Positions 1-13,865 of a DNA stretch of 64,000 nt are shown here, one piece after another. A program made the position numbers and the translations under genes. Source of the DNA: Eledone cirrhosa. Lineage: Eukaryota. The notes below the pieces were generated by a model. It made no database searches. It was given only the letters and a program-made list of their open reading frames with translations, and had not been told where the DNA came from. The number at the start of each line of letters is the position of its first letter. The first letter of the stretch is position 1. The stretch is from positions 148,304,001 to 148,368,000 of the forward strand of contig OZ024743.1 of NCBI GenBank assembly GCA_964016885.1, written 5' to 3'.

Positions 1-551
1 AGAAAAAAAGGAAACCAAAAAAGAAAAAATTCTCTTCCTTCCCCCTCCAAAAACAAAATACAGAGGGAAACTAATAAATTATCGAACAAGAAAGTTAAGA
101 CAGATATGCCACCATCCACACCAGCATCACCAACCCCATCACCACAAACACCAACACCATCACCATCATTAACCCCAACACCACCATCACCAACACCACA
201 AAAGTCACCAAAAAGCGTAATAGAAACAAACCCACAACAAACGCAAACAAAACAAAACAACCAAAACGATACACACTACACAGCATTAAATTTGAACACT
301 ACATGCAACACAACACCAGCATCACAGAAAAAGACTACACAACAACCCCAAAATTCACACCACCTCCAAACATACAAATCACTCGCATCACACAGAAAAC
401 GTACACGAAACTAAAACAAAAATTCCCCAAAGACATCGGAGACTTCCGACAAACACTCTCCAGGAGGATTTATGAGGACATCCTTCCGGAGGAGGCCACA
501 AGTAGTGAAAAGGATGGACAAACCATCCTCCCTCTCCGAGAAGTAAGGTAA
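1..551 (+). pseudogene. ORF1 C-terminal part (low-complexity Pro/Thr-rich) of Tx1 element
   Basis: ORFs 106-414 and 303-551 lie directly upstream of the ORF2 ATG at 586; a frameshift is likely between them. Confidence 0.6.
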
Positions 552-585
552 GTGGTCTTTCCCATCTTTTCCACTCCATTTCAAC

Positions 586-3500
586 ATGACCTCACTCAGA
601 ATAGGCAGCATAAATGCGCGTGGCTTGGGGTCGTCATGGAAGCAGGGCCACCTGCTCAACGACCTCAGGTCACTAAACATAGATGTAGTGGCCATCAGCG
701 AGACCAGAATCTCCGAAGCACGGGCCTTCGCACCGATCTTCGGCGGCTACGATGTGTACGCATCTCCCAGCCGTCCGAGATCGGGGGTGTAGTTGCTGTG
801 CTTTTTCGGCGAGGTTTGGATCTCGCCATACGGGCCATCTTCCTGGACCCAGAAGGTAAGTTGGTGGTGCTAGACGTGACCAGCGGAGACGGGCAAGCTT
901 TCAGGCTAGTGGCCGTCTATGCCCCGACAGGAGCAGGGCGGCCTGATTTCTTCCGGCGTCTGGAGACCTTTCTTGGAACGTCCCGCTCTTTAGTGTTAGT
1001 GGGCGACTGGAACGGGATCTTAGATGCACGCTGGGACTGTGTCGGATTAGCGGATAGGGGAGGAGGGTGCAAGAGCCTCACCAACCTGCTCAGGCGTTTT
1101 GAACTGTCTGACAGGTACCGATTGAATTTCCCTAATGTGCCAATGTGGACTTGGACAAATCGTATAGGGTCATCAAGATCATATCTAGATAGAGTATTTT
1201 GTAGAGAAATAGATAGGTCTAGCATAGGCTGTCCACAATTCAAGATATTCAGCTACACGGACCACAAATTCGTGATCTGTGTGCTTGACTTAGATAGGCT
1301 TCATAGACGATGACCCGGCTACTGGAAGCCAAAAGCGTCCTTACCAGCGCGAAAGGACTACAGAGACCGGATTAGCGAACTAGTTAAGCGGGCGTTGACG
1401 GGGGCCATCGTCAACAACAAGTGGTGGTTTGCTCTGAAAAGAGCAATTAGAATAGAGTCCATTAGGTTTAGTAAGGCTTTAGCAATAGAGAAAATTAGAG
1501 CAGAGGGAGAATTATTTAGAAAATTAGACGAGGCGCTTAGCAAAGGCATCGCGACCGACGTACTTGCGGCGAAATTGGCCTTGACAAATTCTTCAATGCA
1601 AAGCACGAAGGCTGCGTTGTCAGAGCTAGGGTGCGTGCTCTCAGACACGAGGGAACAAAAGCCGTTCAATGGGCCCGAGTGGTTGAGGCGCGTCGTGGCA
1701 TCAAAGCCACGATCCGGTCTTTGGTGGACCACGACGGGCGCATGCTACTCGATCCCGGGCAAATGTGTGAAGCTTTTCAGCGACACTTCGCTCAGCTGTT
1801 CGGGGGCAGCGGTGGGCCGGATCGAGGGATGGACTTTAGTGTCTACCTCGACGGACTGCCGCGGCTCTCGGCCACTGAGGCGGAGTGTTGCGAAAAGCCG
1901 ATAACAGCCGCTGAAGTAAGGGAGGCAATGACTGGCTGCACAAGGGGTAAATCGCCTGGTTTGGATGGTCTGCCCTATGAACTTTACGTACAGATGCCAG
2001 ACTTGTTCGGAGGCCTCTTGGCGGACGTCTACAGCAACTGGCAACACAACGGGAGAATTCCCAGTTCTGTGAGCCGAGGAGCGGTGGCACTGCTGAGAAA
2101 GGATCCGAACAAGGGGGATAACATAGATAATTTCAGGCCCATAACTCTGCTAAACACAGAGTTCAAGATTTTGGCCAAGGTGCTAGCGAAGAGGTTGGCG
2201 CTTGTCGTTTGTTGTCTGGTGGGAGAGGCGCAGACATGCGCCATTCCCGACAGATCCATCCACGACAACCTCCCTCTCATGCGATACATCGTAGAGAGTG
2301 TAGCTAGGGAACCTGGCACGTGTGGGTCCTTGATCAATTTAGATCAGTCGAAACTTTCGATAGGGTCGACCATCGTTACCTAGCGGCAGTCCTGAGGGCG
2401 GCTGGCTTTGGGCCCGTCTTCAGAGGCTGGATCGCTGCCATGCACAGCGACATCTGCTCTGTGGTGAGAGTGAACGGACACCTTTCGGAACCGTTCAACA
2501 TCATGCGCTCGGTCCGCCAAGGATGTCCCCTCTCGTCCCTCTTGTACGTATTGACTCTCGAGCCATTACTGCACAAACTGGAGATGTTGAGGGGCGTCCC
2601 GCCCGAGCTAGGATGCGGAAGATCCGTGTCAGCATATGCGGACGATGTCACCGTAGTGGTGTCGAACGCCAAACACATCGAGACTACCGGCACTACACTA
2701 AGAGAATACGAAGCGGTGACAGGAGCAATGATCAACCAGGAAAAGTCAGTGGGCCTGCAGCTCGGCACCTGGAGAGGCAGGTCCATGCCGTCCAACAGCG
2801 TCGTCGGACGCTGGACGGATGGACCGGTTAAATTGCTAGGGGTCTGGTTCGGTCCGGACCTCCAGACGGACAAAACCTGGGACGAGGTGACGAGCAGGGT
2901 GGCTTCTCTCACCCAGAAATGGGCGGAGAGGAAGCTATCCCTGAAAGGTCGAGCGGAGGTGGCTAACGCGTACATCGCGTCTGTCATCTGCTACCGCCTG
3001 ACCGTCGCACCTTGTCCTAAGCCCCGCCTGACTGCGCTGGAGCGTTTGCTCTTTCGCTTTTTGTGGAAGGGACGCGCTCCGATGGTCAGGCGGTCCATCT
3101 GCTGTCAACACCCGCTACGTGGAGGGCTGGGAATGCCGTGGCTGATTATGCGCAGACACGCGCTCAGTCTACGACATCTCCACCTCTTCCTCGACGGTGA
3201 TCAGGTGTGGTCGCCGTTTGCTAGACACGTATTTTCCCAGCTCGTTTCCTTGACGGAGCTGCAGTCCTGGGTCAAGCGAAGACCGAGAGGGAGCGCCTGG
3301 AGACTGGAATGTCTTCAGGCGCTCACAGCCCTCGACCAATCGGGCAATGTAATCGGTGGAAACTCCACCTCGGCGTTCTATAGAGGATTAGTGGAGGGGA
3401 AGAGCGACGACGGACTTGGGGAAACTCTAGGCGTCGACGAAAATCAACTAGCCAATCTCCTCGGAAGGACTTTCGGGCCGGGACCTATGGACAATTTCCA

Positions 3501-4002
3501 GAAATCTCTGGCCTGGCAGTGCTACCGAGGAGTCTTGCCAGTTCGGGATAAACTCTATAGGCATGGAGGTGCCGTCAGCCGGGCATGTCCGAGATGCGCG
3601 CAGGGCGACGAAACCGTCCTGCACGCACTCGTCCAGAGTCCGAAAATTGCAGACTTGTGGTTTTATGTCGAACACCTGCTGTCGCGTGTAGGACGGATCC
3701 GGTTATCATCTGAGTCCATCGTGAGGATTGCCCCGCCCTTTTCCTTTAGCCGGGAAGGGCAGGCAGTTTTTATCTGTGTGGTGGCCATGGCGAAAGAGAC
3801 AGTATGGTGGACACGTTTGAAAGGGCTGAAGACGAGCACTTACCCCTTCGGTGATACCCTGATTGACTTTTTCAAATTTCATTTGAAAAGGAAAATCAGA
3901 GTAGAGAGGGAAGTGCTCTCTTCCCAGCATTTTGTTGAAAGATGGGTGAGAGAAGCAAGAATGGCCCGAGTGAATGGGCCTACTCTGAGTACGTATCTGT
4001 AA
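586..4002 (+). pseudogene. ORF2: APE endonuclease + reverse transcriptase + zinc finger, disrupted
   Basis: APE motifs: SINARGLG, ISETR, VYAP, LVGDWN, SYLDRVF, YTDHK. RT motifs: KSPGLDGLP, FRPITLLN, RQGCPLS, AYADDV, LLGVWF. Zinc finger: CPRC..ETVLH. Disruptions: frameshifts near 785, 1590 and 2352, and an in-frame TGA near 1310. Confidence 0.93.
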
Positions 4003-4247
4003 ATTAAAGGTGGAAAACTGGGAGAGGGCACCTGCCTTGGTGGTCAGGGTCACTGTGGCCTTTTACTGGGCTTTCTCCACAAATGTCCCTCGGAAGTCTC
4101 CCCCCTATTGGGGAATTTTTCTTTGTTATTTTATTACATCCTCTGTTTTTTTGCACGCAGAAATGCCCATTTGTACCGTCCTGTATTGTCCTGTACTGTC
4201 CTTAATGTCTACTTTATGTAAACCCTTGTGGTTAATAAAGAAAACAT

Positions 4248-4323
4248 TATTAGTAGTAGTAGTAGTAGTAGCAGTGGTAGTAGTAGTAGCAGTGGTAGTA
4301 GTAGTAGCAGTGGTAGTAGTAGT
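4248..4323. repeat. (TAG)n/(TAGCAGTGG) microsatellite
   Basis: Direct reading of the sequence. Confidence 0.95.
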
Positions 4324-4662
4324 ATCATTATTACTATTATTATAACTATTATTATAACAGGCATGAAGTCTCAAAATTACATCTACCCATTTTCCACCAT
4401 TTAAACGTGTAGATAAAATGTTCGTGCTTTTCCAAAGCTATTAGAAATAGACTTGAAATAGCTGCTATCCTCAGCTAATCGATTATATCATCGGCATGCC
4501 TCTATGTTTATAATTGCTATGTTGTTTCACTATATTATCGATCATAGCTCCATATGCTTTGTGTGTGTACCGTGCTTGCTTTATTTATTTTAGCATCAAC
4601 TTGGGATTTTATCTAACACCACCCATTCCATTCAACCACCATAAGGGGTATGTACATATGTA

Positions 4663-4702
4663 TGTATACATATATATTTATATATATATTTATATATATA
4701 TA

Positions 4703-4749
<47 letters not shown>

Positions 4750-4809
4750 TTATATATATATATATATTTATATATATATTTATATATATATTTATATATA
4801 TATACAGTA

Positions 4810-4851
<42 letters not shown>
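4663..4851. repeat. (TA)n microsatellite (one of dozens in the window)
   Basis: Direct reading; other large tracts at e.g. 31978-32135, 41085-41248, 52984-53078 and 59433-59535. Confidence 0.95.
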
Positions 4852-4854
<3 letters not shown>

Positions 4855-5607
4855 GGAGGATATATATATTGTAAAAATTTCATGTAGAAGAGTAATATAT
4901 AATATATATAATTATACTTATCTTTTACTCTTTTACTTTTTTCAATAATTGAACTGCTGCCAAGCTGGAGCACGACCTTCTAGAGTATATTCAATTAATT
5001 TGAAACCAGTTTTAAATTTAGTGACCTGGCTCAACAAAAGCAAAATTGATCTTTGTGGCATTTCAACACAAAATAAAGTGCTGACCAGTTTATTAAACTG
5101 CCACCTAGCAAAATAACAATATATATTATATATATATAGGTATATATATGTGTCTATAACTTCTTGTTACTTTATAATTTGATACATAGCTCTGATATCG
5201 AGTCAATTTAATTATTTAGATTATTTTCTCTCTCTTAGTCATAGAGCAAAACTGGTTAAGGTCGACACCACACACACTCACATGCTAGTGACAAAATATA
5301 TATGTATATATACACATATATGTATGTATACACATATATGTATGTATACACATATATGTACATATTCACATATATGTATGTATACACATATATGTGTGTA
5401 CCTCTCATTACGATATTGTCTCAAACTCCCACACGGTCGAGTTAACACGAAAGTATAGTAACTGCTTTTAAGCAAACACTATAACCACTTTCAGTCAACC
5501 TTACCACTCACCTTTGAAGGAGAAAACACTTAGTCTGAAGTTTGGGTTTGAAATAAATCTTTTCACATCAGTCCTGGAACTTTTCTGACACACCTCGTAT
5601 ATATATA

Positions 5608-5754
5608 TGTGAAGTATTATCGTAGGAAGGGTAAAGGAAAGGCGAGTGCCCTATGTATGCTACAGAGCTATTTAATTATGTAATAAACAACATAAGACAG
5701 TTATTTCATCCTTTGGTAAATGGAATAATTGTCTTATGTTGTTTATTACACAAT

Positions 5755-5760
<6 letters not shown>
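5608..5760. mobile_element. Short PLE-end remnant: tail + inverted repeat in (TA)n
   Basis: Arms 5669-5709 and 5720-5760 end flush with (TA)n. One arm holds the 3' half of a hammerhead (GAAAtaactgTC). Tail motif at 5644-5668. Confidence 0.6.
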
Positions 5761-5789
<29 letters not shown>

Positions 5790-5943
5790 TGTCCAGTATA
5801 CAGCAGCTGTGGTTCGATTCCCACTGACATTTCCATCCCATTTTTGTTTCATATTTAGCTTGTATATAAATGTATTATTTAAGTTCAATTTTATCACAAA
5901 AGTCTTAACAATTATATATATATTGGGATATGTATTTAATTAA

Positions 5944-6190
5944 AGTCCTAGTAAGTAGCAAGGAATACATGACCCTGATCCTCTTCGGGAAATGGCCCTG
6001 CTAAGTGTGTAGGAAAATGGTGGGTAGGAATTTCATTCTCTACCCAAATGCAAACTATGGGTACAAAAGAGATGTAGTAGGATCTCAGGTAGACACAAAG
6101 AACATAGGTTTTAAAAGTGGTCCATTCACAGGAGCAGTGAACAGCAAGCACTCACAGGAAACAAACCTTGTCAATTTCTTATACCCTCTA
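5944..6190 (+). mobile_element. RTE LINE fragment (PHD-like Cys region)
   Basis: Translates to GKWPC*VCRKMVGRN..CKLWVQKRCSRISG, typical of the Cys-rich insert in invertebrate RTE ORFs. Confidence 0.7.
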
Positions 6191-6449
6191 TAGCCCCTCA
6201 TACCTTAACACTTCACCATTCACCAGGTAATTACTCCAGTCTAGACCTACCACTCCTATCCCCACTCTACATACACCCACCTCTTTCCACTCTAAGTCAT
6301 CCTCATTGACCTATTTCTCTAATCTCCTCCCTACATATATACACCCCCACTCCCTTTCCACTTCTGACTCCCACCACCCAACAAACTCATGTATACAAGC
6401 ATTGAAAGATGAACACTCTTCCCCAATGCTGGTGAAATTGACTAAAGGC

Positions 6450-6910
6450 ACTCAGCCAACCCTGTAAAGTGGTCATGCTGGTGACACCACAAAAGCCACA
6501 GGTTCCGCATGTAAGATGCTCATGTTGGTTCCATGACAAAAGAGTACCCCCCCCCCCCCTGTAAGGCAACATGATAAAAAAGCACTTAGAGCCCTCACAA
6601 CAAAATTCCCGTCCCACACTGTAAAGTGACCATTTTGGTCCTGTGATGAAAAGCACTTAGTCCACACTGTAAATTGGTTGTCTTGGATCTACAACAAAAG
6701 TGCCCAGTCCACACTGTAATGTGGTCATTTTGGAGCCACAATAAAAAGCTCCTAGTCCACACTGTAAAGTGGTTGTGTTGGTGACATGAAAAAAGTGCCC
6801 AGTCCACACTCTAAAATGGTCATGTTGTTGTCAAGACAAAACCCAATCAGTCCACACTGTAAAGTGGTCGTTTTGGTGCCACAATAAAAGCATCCAGTCC
6901 CCACAGTAAC
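6450..6910 (+). repeat. ~41-bp minisatellite derived from SINE central unit
   Basis: About 11 diverged units of cactgtaaagtggtc..gtg..ac..aaaagcacccagtcca; the same unit occurs twice inside SINE 39419-39779. Confidence 0.8.
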
Positions 6911-9900
6911 TACACTCTACAACACTCTACAACATGCGGTCAACCCCCCCCCCTCTCTATCTATATATATAAGATAACCCCCACAAGTAATTCACATTCA
7001 CCAAATTTGTGGCTGTTTTTCCTTCACGGTATAATGTAATGTACACATTTTTCTTGCCTTTCTAACATCCGCTTAATTTCATAGTCCTTCCAAATCCGAT
7101 AGCATTTTCTATCCTCAGATTCCAATTCTTGCTTCACTACTAGCCATTCTATCCTATTTACAAACCAAATCCTCCTGTATTCTGTGTATTCTCTCGTATT
7201 TTCCAAAACAAATCTTGTATTTTTTGTTATTGCTTGTTAAATACGAAGTTTTTGTCGTATTTTACTAAACAAATCTTGTATTTTTGTTATCGCTTGTTAA
7301 ATACGAGGATCTTACTTAAACCTATTCTTCTCGCTAAATGTTGTTGGTATTAGGAAGGACATCCAACTATAGAAACCAAGCCAGAAACAGTTTTGTGTGA
7401 AGACAGTTTCATCTGACCTGACTTGTCCCACAACAGCACAACTCATTTAACAGCTACTTTCCCTTTAATCAAGGGCTGGACAGGTCATTATATACAAAGT
7501 CAGTACTAAAGCGGGTCTGAAGAGGGTCTGCATCTTGCATGTCATCTTGTATGGTCTTATGTTCCACCGAAGCAACAGCACTAGAGTGGTTGTCATATAT
7601 ATAAATATATTTGAGTGAGTTAATAATGCAATCATTAAACGGTTAAGGAAACTTAAAGCTCAATATGATTTGATAGTCCAAAACCCAATAGGTTATAAAC
7701 AGTTAAAAGTTTAATCCAATGTGTAAATTTCCAATCACAGTAGTGTTATATTTTCACAGTACATATATATGAAAAAATCATTTCCATAATAATTATCATT
7801 AAGATATTTAATGGACAAATGAACGTCTTGTTAGACTTACAGGAATGAAGAGTTCATACTAGGAAGAACAGCCCATCAAAGTCAATATATACCACTGATA
7901 TATATCTATATCATTATGGTGGGTGTATCTGGAGAAGGAAGATATTAAAACTGAGTGAACCTTCAACTGGCAACAAATTATATATATATATATATATATT
8001 TTGAGTATATGTTGGTTGTATACCAACACCTCAGTATGCAGATTGGAGCACTCGACGAAGTGCGTAGGTTGGTTTGGTTACTCAGGAGTAATATATATAT
8101 ATATATTTGGAAGAAACAGAGAGCTGTGTGGTTACTTGATAATGTATATAAATATATGCATGTATACACGTGAATGTGTTTTTGTATGTGCATGTAAATA
8201 TCTATTTGTTTGAGAATGCATATATCTAAATGGATAAATTTAACTACAGTTATTTTATAGTGCTCTTGAGAAAAACACTTTATATAATGTAGGAACCACC
8301 CCAACATCACAAATATATAATCAGAAATATTAATTTACCTTTGGAATAACTTGTTGCTGTATACAATACAAACAGTATACAATAATTCTAAACTCAGGTT
8401 TTTAAATGTTCTTTTATTTCATTTGAAAAGTTTATTGTAGCCTCCAGCATTGTTCCTTAAACTAATATTGAACTCTTTGTTTATCAAGCTAAGTAACCCT
8501 TTACTGTGCTCATGAACTCACCAAAATCTACTGTTATTATTACAGCTGTAAAATTAAGGAAATGTAAGACTAATGTATATTTATTGATAAATTAACAATG
8601 TATTGTGTTAAGGCTACATATCCATGTATTTGTGGACCTGTAATTCTAATGAAGTAGATGGGTGTCATATTGTCATATGACATTTCTTGGGCATTTTAAA
8701 GCCTGCTCCATGTCGAACACAGTAGATTTCCTCCAGAGAATATAGAGTGAGAAAAAGGAAATGAAAAAGAGATATGAAGAAAACAATCGTCCCAGTAATA
8801 AACTGGTGATTTTATATCGACCTCAATAAGATTTAAGCTCAGAGAGCAGAGAGACAGAATTAATACCACCAAGCATTCTATCCTACATTCAAATTACTCT
8901 GCTAATTCACTGCCTATAAGGTTTTTTATAGTGTACTATAAAATAAATTTATAGATTTCAGTCAATAATAAATGTTTAAATTGATCTTAATTAAATATAC
9001 TCAACTGTCATCAACAACTGGTATTTTATACGTTTTCTATGGACACAAATGGGTGATCAGCTGGTTAAGTTTCAATCTTGTACAGACATTTCACCAGTAA
9101 CTGAAAGCTCATCTATTCCAGAGATATTTTATATATAACGACTATTATTAAGGGTTTCATTAACTTGGATAAAACTATATGTATAAAGCAAGCATTAGCA
9201 GCTAGCTCAATTAACAAATTATTGAAAACTTTGTAGCGTATTATTTTAATACTGTACTGTAGAATAAATTAATAGGTTTCAACCAAACTGTGAATGTAAA
9301 TAGAATTTAACTAAATACACTGTCTTAAAAAAACTCTTTGTGGATAGTTATTGCCATGTACTCAGTTGCTGATGAAATCGAAAAAGGCAGTTCTTTAGTA
9401 CTCTCTGGCATACTTAATTTTAATTTAAACATACACTGTTGCCTAAGATGTATAGATTTATTAAATAGCACACTTCAGCATTAAAACAAAGCACTGCTAG
9501 TCCATCATTAATTAATTAATTGAACTAGCTACCAAGAATGTGGTATTTATGCAAAGCTGTTCATCCAATTTAGTGAGACCTTTAATGATGGTGACTATAT
9601 ATACAAACAATGTCTCTACATACAGTTATAAATGAGTACTCAAAGGAACAACTAATACTGAGTACAGAATTTAAACACATCCAGCTGAACCCTCTTTTTT
9701 ATTTGCAAAGAAACTCAATAAAAAAAAGCAGCAACTATTTTGAGACATAACATTTCAAAAACACCCCATGAATATTCATCTACTAGTTACAAATTCAGTA
9801 TTTCAACATTAGTAGACATTAATACTAGGGAAAAGAATTTAGAAAAGTCAGAAGTCTCAAAAACAAACAAGCAATCAAATGTATCTGAAAAATTAGACCT

Positions 9901-11054
9901 TTTTTCATGGACATAATTCTGTCCTTTCAAATTGCTTTTATATGGACAAGTATCATAACATAGATTTGTACAGTTCTCATACATGCAAATATAACTTGTG
10001 ATTGAAAATGTTCCAATATCACAAAATTAATCGGGAATGTGAAAAAGATCATGTGGGCATGCTAACTTTTCTGTTAGTATTGGAATTACCATTTTACTGA
10101 CACAGTGTACATGAGGGCACTAGTCTGTCACAGAGCAACTCATTTTCAACTGAGTTAAATGGAACAATATGAAATTAAATGATTTGTTCAAGGACACCGT
10201 ATGTCACCTTCTCTGAGAATCGAACCAATCACCTTATAATTGTGAGCCCAACCCAGAAACCATTATGTAACACGCCTTTACATTAAACTCCCTGTTACAA
10301 GGCTAAAAATACAATGAAATTACTCTACTGTGTATTAAATAAAAGCAAATAGCAGTGTTTCTATAGAAAGTTTTATACATATATATATATGGGATGCTAA
10401 AAACTTCCAATCTGTATTAGTTACCACCCCTTTATGCTATTAGATATTTCATTTAATTCCACTCCGAGATAGAATAAGTATTAGATAATGTACTGGGTCA
10501 ATATGATCTACAAAAACCTTGGAAAGTGGAGATCTAGCATGGCCACAATCTACTGACAGAAACTAGTGAAAGAATATAGAAATACATTTGTATGTGCATG
10601 ATACCTATACTTCATCTAGTTATATAAAATGTGTTTTAAGATTATCAAAATTTGCTCTTTACAGCTATATATGTGCTTCAAAATTAATGTGATGAATAGA
10701 TACACCAAAGTGAATCATTTTCAGATTTCACAATATACATAGATAAAATTAAATGAAAAATTCAATTTTCCTTGCCATTTTACAATTTTCTTCTTCATCC
10801 AATATCTCTTTCATGTTTTCATTCAATTTATTTTTTCTTTCATAGTTTTTATTACAATAATATGAGCTTTTCAATAACTTAATTACAGCAGAATTCTTCA
10901 AGGCATGCATATTAACCAAAGTCACAGAAAAGTATATGTGTGTATCTTGACATAAGTATGGATTATACATGTATGTGTGTATGTATGTTCTGCTTCTATG
11001 AGTGAAATAATGTGTAAATCTGTATATATATATATATAATATATATATGTGCAT

Positions 11055-11102
<48 letters not shown>

Positions 11103-11170
11103 GGAGGGTGTGTATATATGTAGATAATTGTATGTGCATATATTCACATATGTATCTGTGAATATATATG

Positions 11171-11215
<45 letters not shown>

Positions 11216-11406
11216 ATGTATATATACACATACATATACATATGTGCATGTTTATATAAACATGTTTGTTATTAATCTTATACATATGTATGCATGTAAA
11301 CATATAAACACATGCACACCTGCATACACATATATAGATATGTACATTTTTATATAAATGTATGTTCCTTATTAATCTTTCATATAAATGTGTATGCATA
11401 TATAAA

Positions 11407-11464
<58 letters not shown>

Positions 11465-11474
11465 ATATATGTAA

Positions 11475-12255
11475 CATCATCATCATTATCATCATCACTG
11501 TTTATCATCCAATTTTCCATGCTAGCATGGGTTAGACAAGTTGTCCTGTTGCGAGTAGTCAAGTCAGGTCAGATGACTACATCTTGCTCATATGAAACTG
11601 TTTCTGGTTTGGTTTCAATGGCAGGATTTCCTCCCTAATGACAACCTCATTAACATTGTGGATGGGTGCTTTGTGCTGTGACACCAACACGACCCTTTTA
11701 CTGTGTGGACTGAGTCCTTTTCTATGTGGCACCAAAATGACACTCTACAGTGTGAACTAAGCAATTTCTTTTGCATGCCAAAATGATCAGTTTATAGTGT
11801 AGGCTGTGTGCTTCGAAACAAAACAGCCACTTTTTGTCATGTCACCATCACAACCACTTTACAGTTTGGAGTGGGTGTTTGCTTCTGACTCCGTCATGAA
11901 CACTTTATAAGGTGGACTGGGCATTAACTATCATCTCCCGAACAAAACCACTCTACAGGATGGACTGTGCACTTTATTGTGTCACTAACCTGCCTACTCC
12001 ACAGGGCAGACTGAGTGCCTTTTGTGCCATCAATACAGCCATGTTACAGGGTGGGCTGTGTGCCTCCTGTCATATCACCAGCATGACCACCTTACAAGTT
12101 GGAGTGGGCGCTTATTTGTCATGTCATCAGCTTAACAACCTTGTCAGAAAGGTTAAGTGCTCTTTTGTCATGGCACCAGCATGATCATGTTACATGGTGG
12201 ATTAGAGGCTTCTGTTGCGTCACCAGCATGACCACTTTACTGGGTGGACTGAGAG
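11475..12255 (-). mobile_element. SINE-related element with expanded ~41-bp array and RTE-type (ATG)n tail
   Basis: Tail acccatgctagcatggaa..gatgatga, plus ~14 units of the 41-bp repeat at 11650-12255. Related pieces at 14262-14420, 14520-14585 and 33660-33850. Confidence 0.7.
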
Positions 12256-12479
12256 CTATATACTCATATGTATGTGCATGTACAAATATATTTATGTGTG
12301 CACACACACAGAGAATGGAACAGATATAAAATGCAAGAAGTGGAGAAGCTTTGAATAGCAGTCAACCTTCAGATATGTCCCCTCCTCCCCAAACACAAAG
12401 TAAGCGTTGGCATGAATACCAAATTGAAGATTAGTGAGTTTGGCTTTTACATATACTTCCCTTCTGATGACTAAATGCT

Positions 12480-12660
12480 GAAGTTAGTACATTACTGCAT
12501 CATATCCAGCAATTCTTAATTCAGCCTCCTGCATTCCATCACTTCTGAACACGACCCTGAGATAGTTGAACTTCTCCACCTGCTTCAGTGGAATTCCATT
12601 TACATGTTGATTGCACTGCATATACTTCTTTGAGAGGGCAGGTGTTTCAGCCTCCACAGT
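12480..12660 (-). mobile_element. RTE RT fragment
   Basis: LKQVEKFNYLRVVFRSDG, homologous to 30050-30150. Confidence 0.75.
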
Positions 12661-13675
12661 ACACATGAAGTTAAGACATGGGAGCACTTTGGTGTCAAGC
12701 AAGAATCCGACTTCAGATCAGCAAATAAAGTATTCTGGCAGACGATCCACAACTTCATAAGAAGTCTTCCTCCATGTCTGCTATCAGGAATATGTCTGGG
12801 AGGCTTCGCTCTTCAGAGAGGTGCACCCTCACAACATGGAGAGAATGCTTTGCTGAGATCCTGTGCCTGGTCACAACAACTTTATTGATGGTATAAGAAC
12901 AGGTTTGTATGTTGTTACATAAAAACCTGTCAATGTTTAATCAGCATATCTTCAACAAGAGAGATGTGTCCTTTTGAAAACAAGTAATATGAATTGATTT
13001 GAATTATTAATTGTTTGATATTAGATTTATTAATTTTATTGATAATCTTGATTGATTTGTTCAATTATTGCCACCAGACTACTAAATCTGTATGAGTATA
13101 CTTTGTTTCTGGAATTCATTTCAATTATCTTTGAGTAAAATAATGTTTGACATAGTATAACAATGCCAAAGGTGCACATAGCATCTTCTAGTTTGGTAGT
13201 GTGATTTCATAAGTCTCTCTCCCCATCTCTCTCTCTATATATATATATACATATATATATATATAAATATAACTTCAGCGAGATTGTATTTCGGCAGTGT
13301 CCAAAACAAAACAAAACGCAATAATGGACTAGGAAGAAACCAGACCAATTAACATGCGTTATAAGGGCCAGACAAATTGAAAATAGTGGTTGTGAAGTCA
13401 CGAGCCACGGCAGCCGAAAAAAACGAACAAGCTAAACAGTTAACAAATAATTACCTGGACCATCCTGCAAAGTGGTGGTAAAATCCATTTCTGTGAGTCC
13501 TAAATCAAGTATACTGTCTGCTTTCATTGTAAGCTTTTGGTAAAAAGCTCAAACATGGTAGCCACTTTGTCAACAGGTTTTCTGTTCTTAACCGCCTACT
13601 GGGTTCAAATAAAGCAGCAGTGAAGTTACTACCACGTAGATTCCAGAGTTGTGTTGATGGGTAACCACAGTTAAA

Positions 13676-13843
13676 GAGGGTACTCAATAAATACATTGGT
13701 AGAGTATAGGCATTTTTTATTTTATATAGAAATGACTTCTACAGGAATAGAATTGTTTCATTTATATGAAAACATTAGGACTTTCCTGATGATTCCATAT
13801 GGATAAAACAGTTCTAGTTCTTATAGAAGTCGTTTCTATATAA
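13676..13843. mobile_element. PLE-end remnant: tail motif + inverted repeat with degraded hammerhead
   Basis: Arms ~13723-13781 and 13785-13843. CTGATGA-tTCCatatGGAt-(G>A)AAAC at 13786-13810; the other arm keeps GAAAC. Confidence 0.65.
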
Positions 13844-13865
13844 GATATGATATATATATATATAT

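Larger units (their letters stand above)
1..4244 (+). mobile_element. Tx1/L1-clade non-LTR retrotransposon (5' end outside window)
   Basis: Pro/Thr-rich ORF1 tail ends at 551. ORF2 586-4002 carries APE, RT and a C-terminal zinc finger. The 3'UTR has AATAAA at 4234-4239 and a short A tail, followed by a (TAG)n microsatellite. GC-rich compared with the flanks. Confidence 0.95.

Noticed and set aside
917-2987. Antisense ORFs within the Tx1 element
   Set aside because: Shadow ORFs of a GC-rich coding strand.
4420-4476. Possible hammerhead on - strand (CTGAGGA..GAAA)
   Set aside because: Stem II is present, but stems I and III are not convincing.
6450-6910. CRISPR-like regular repeats (also 35471-35835)
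   Set aside because: There are no unique spacers and no cas genes; the context is eukaryotic and the units derive from dispersed repeats.
10749-11638. YIYI-type ORFs (here and throughout the window)
   Set aside because: These are translations of (TA)n/(CA)n tracts.
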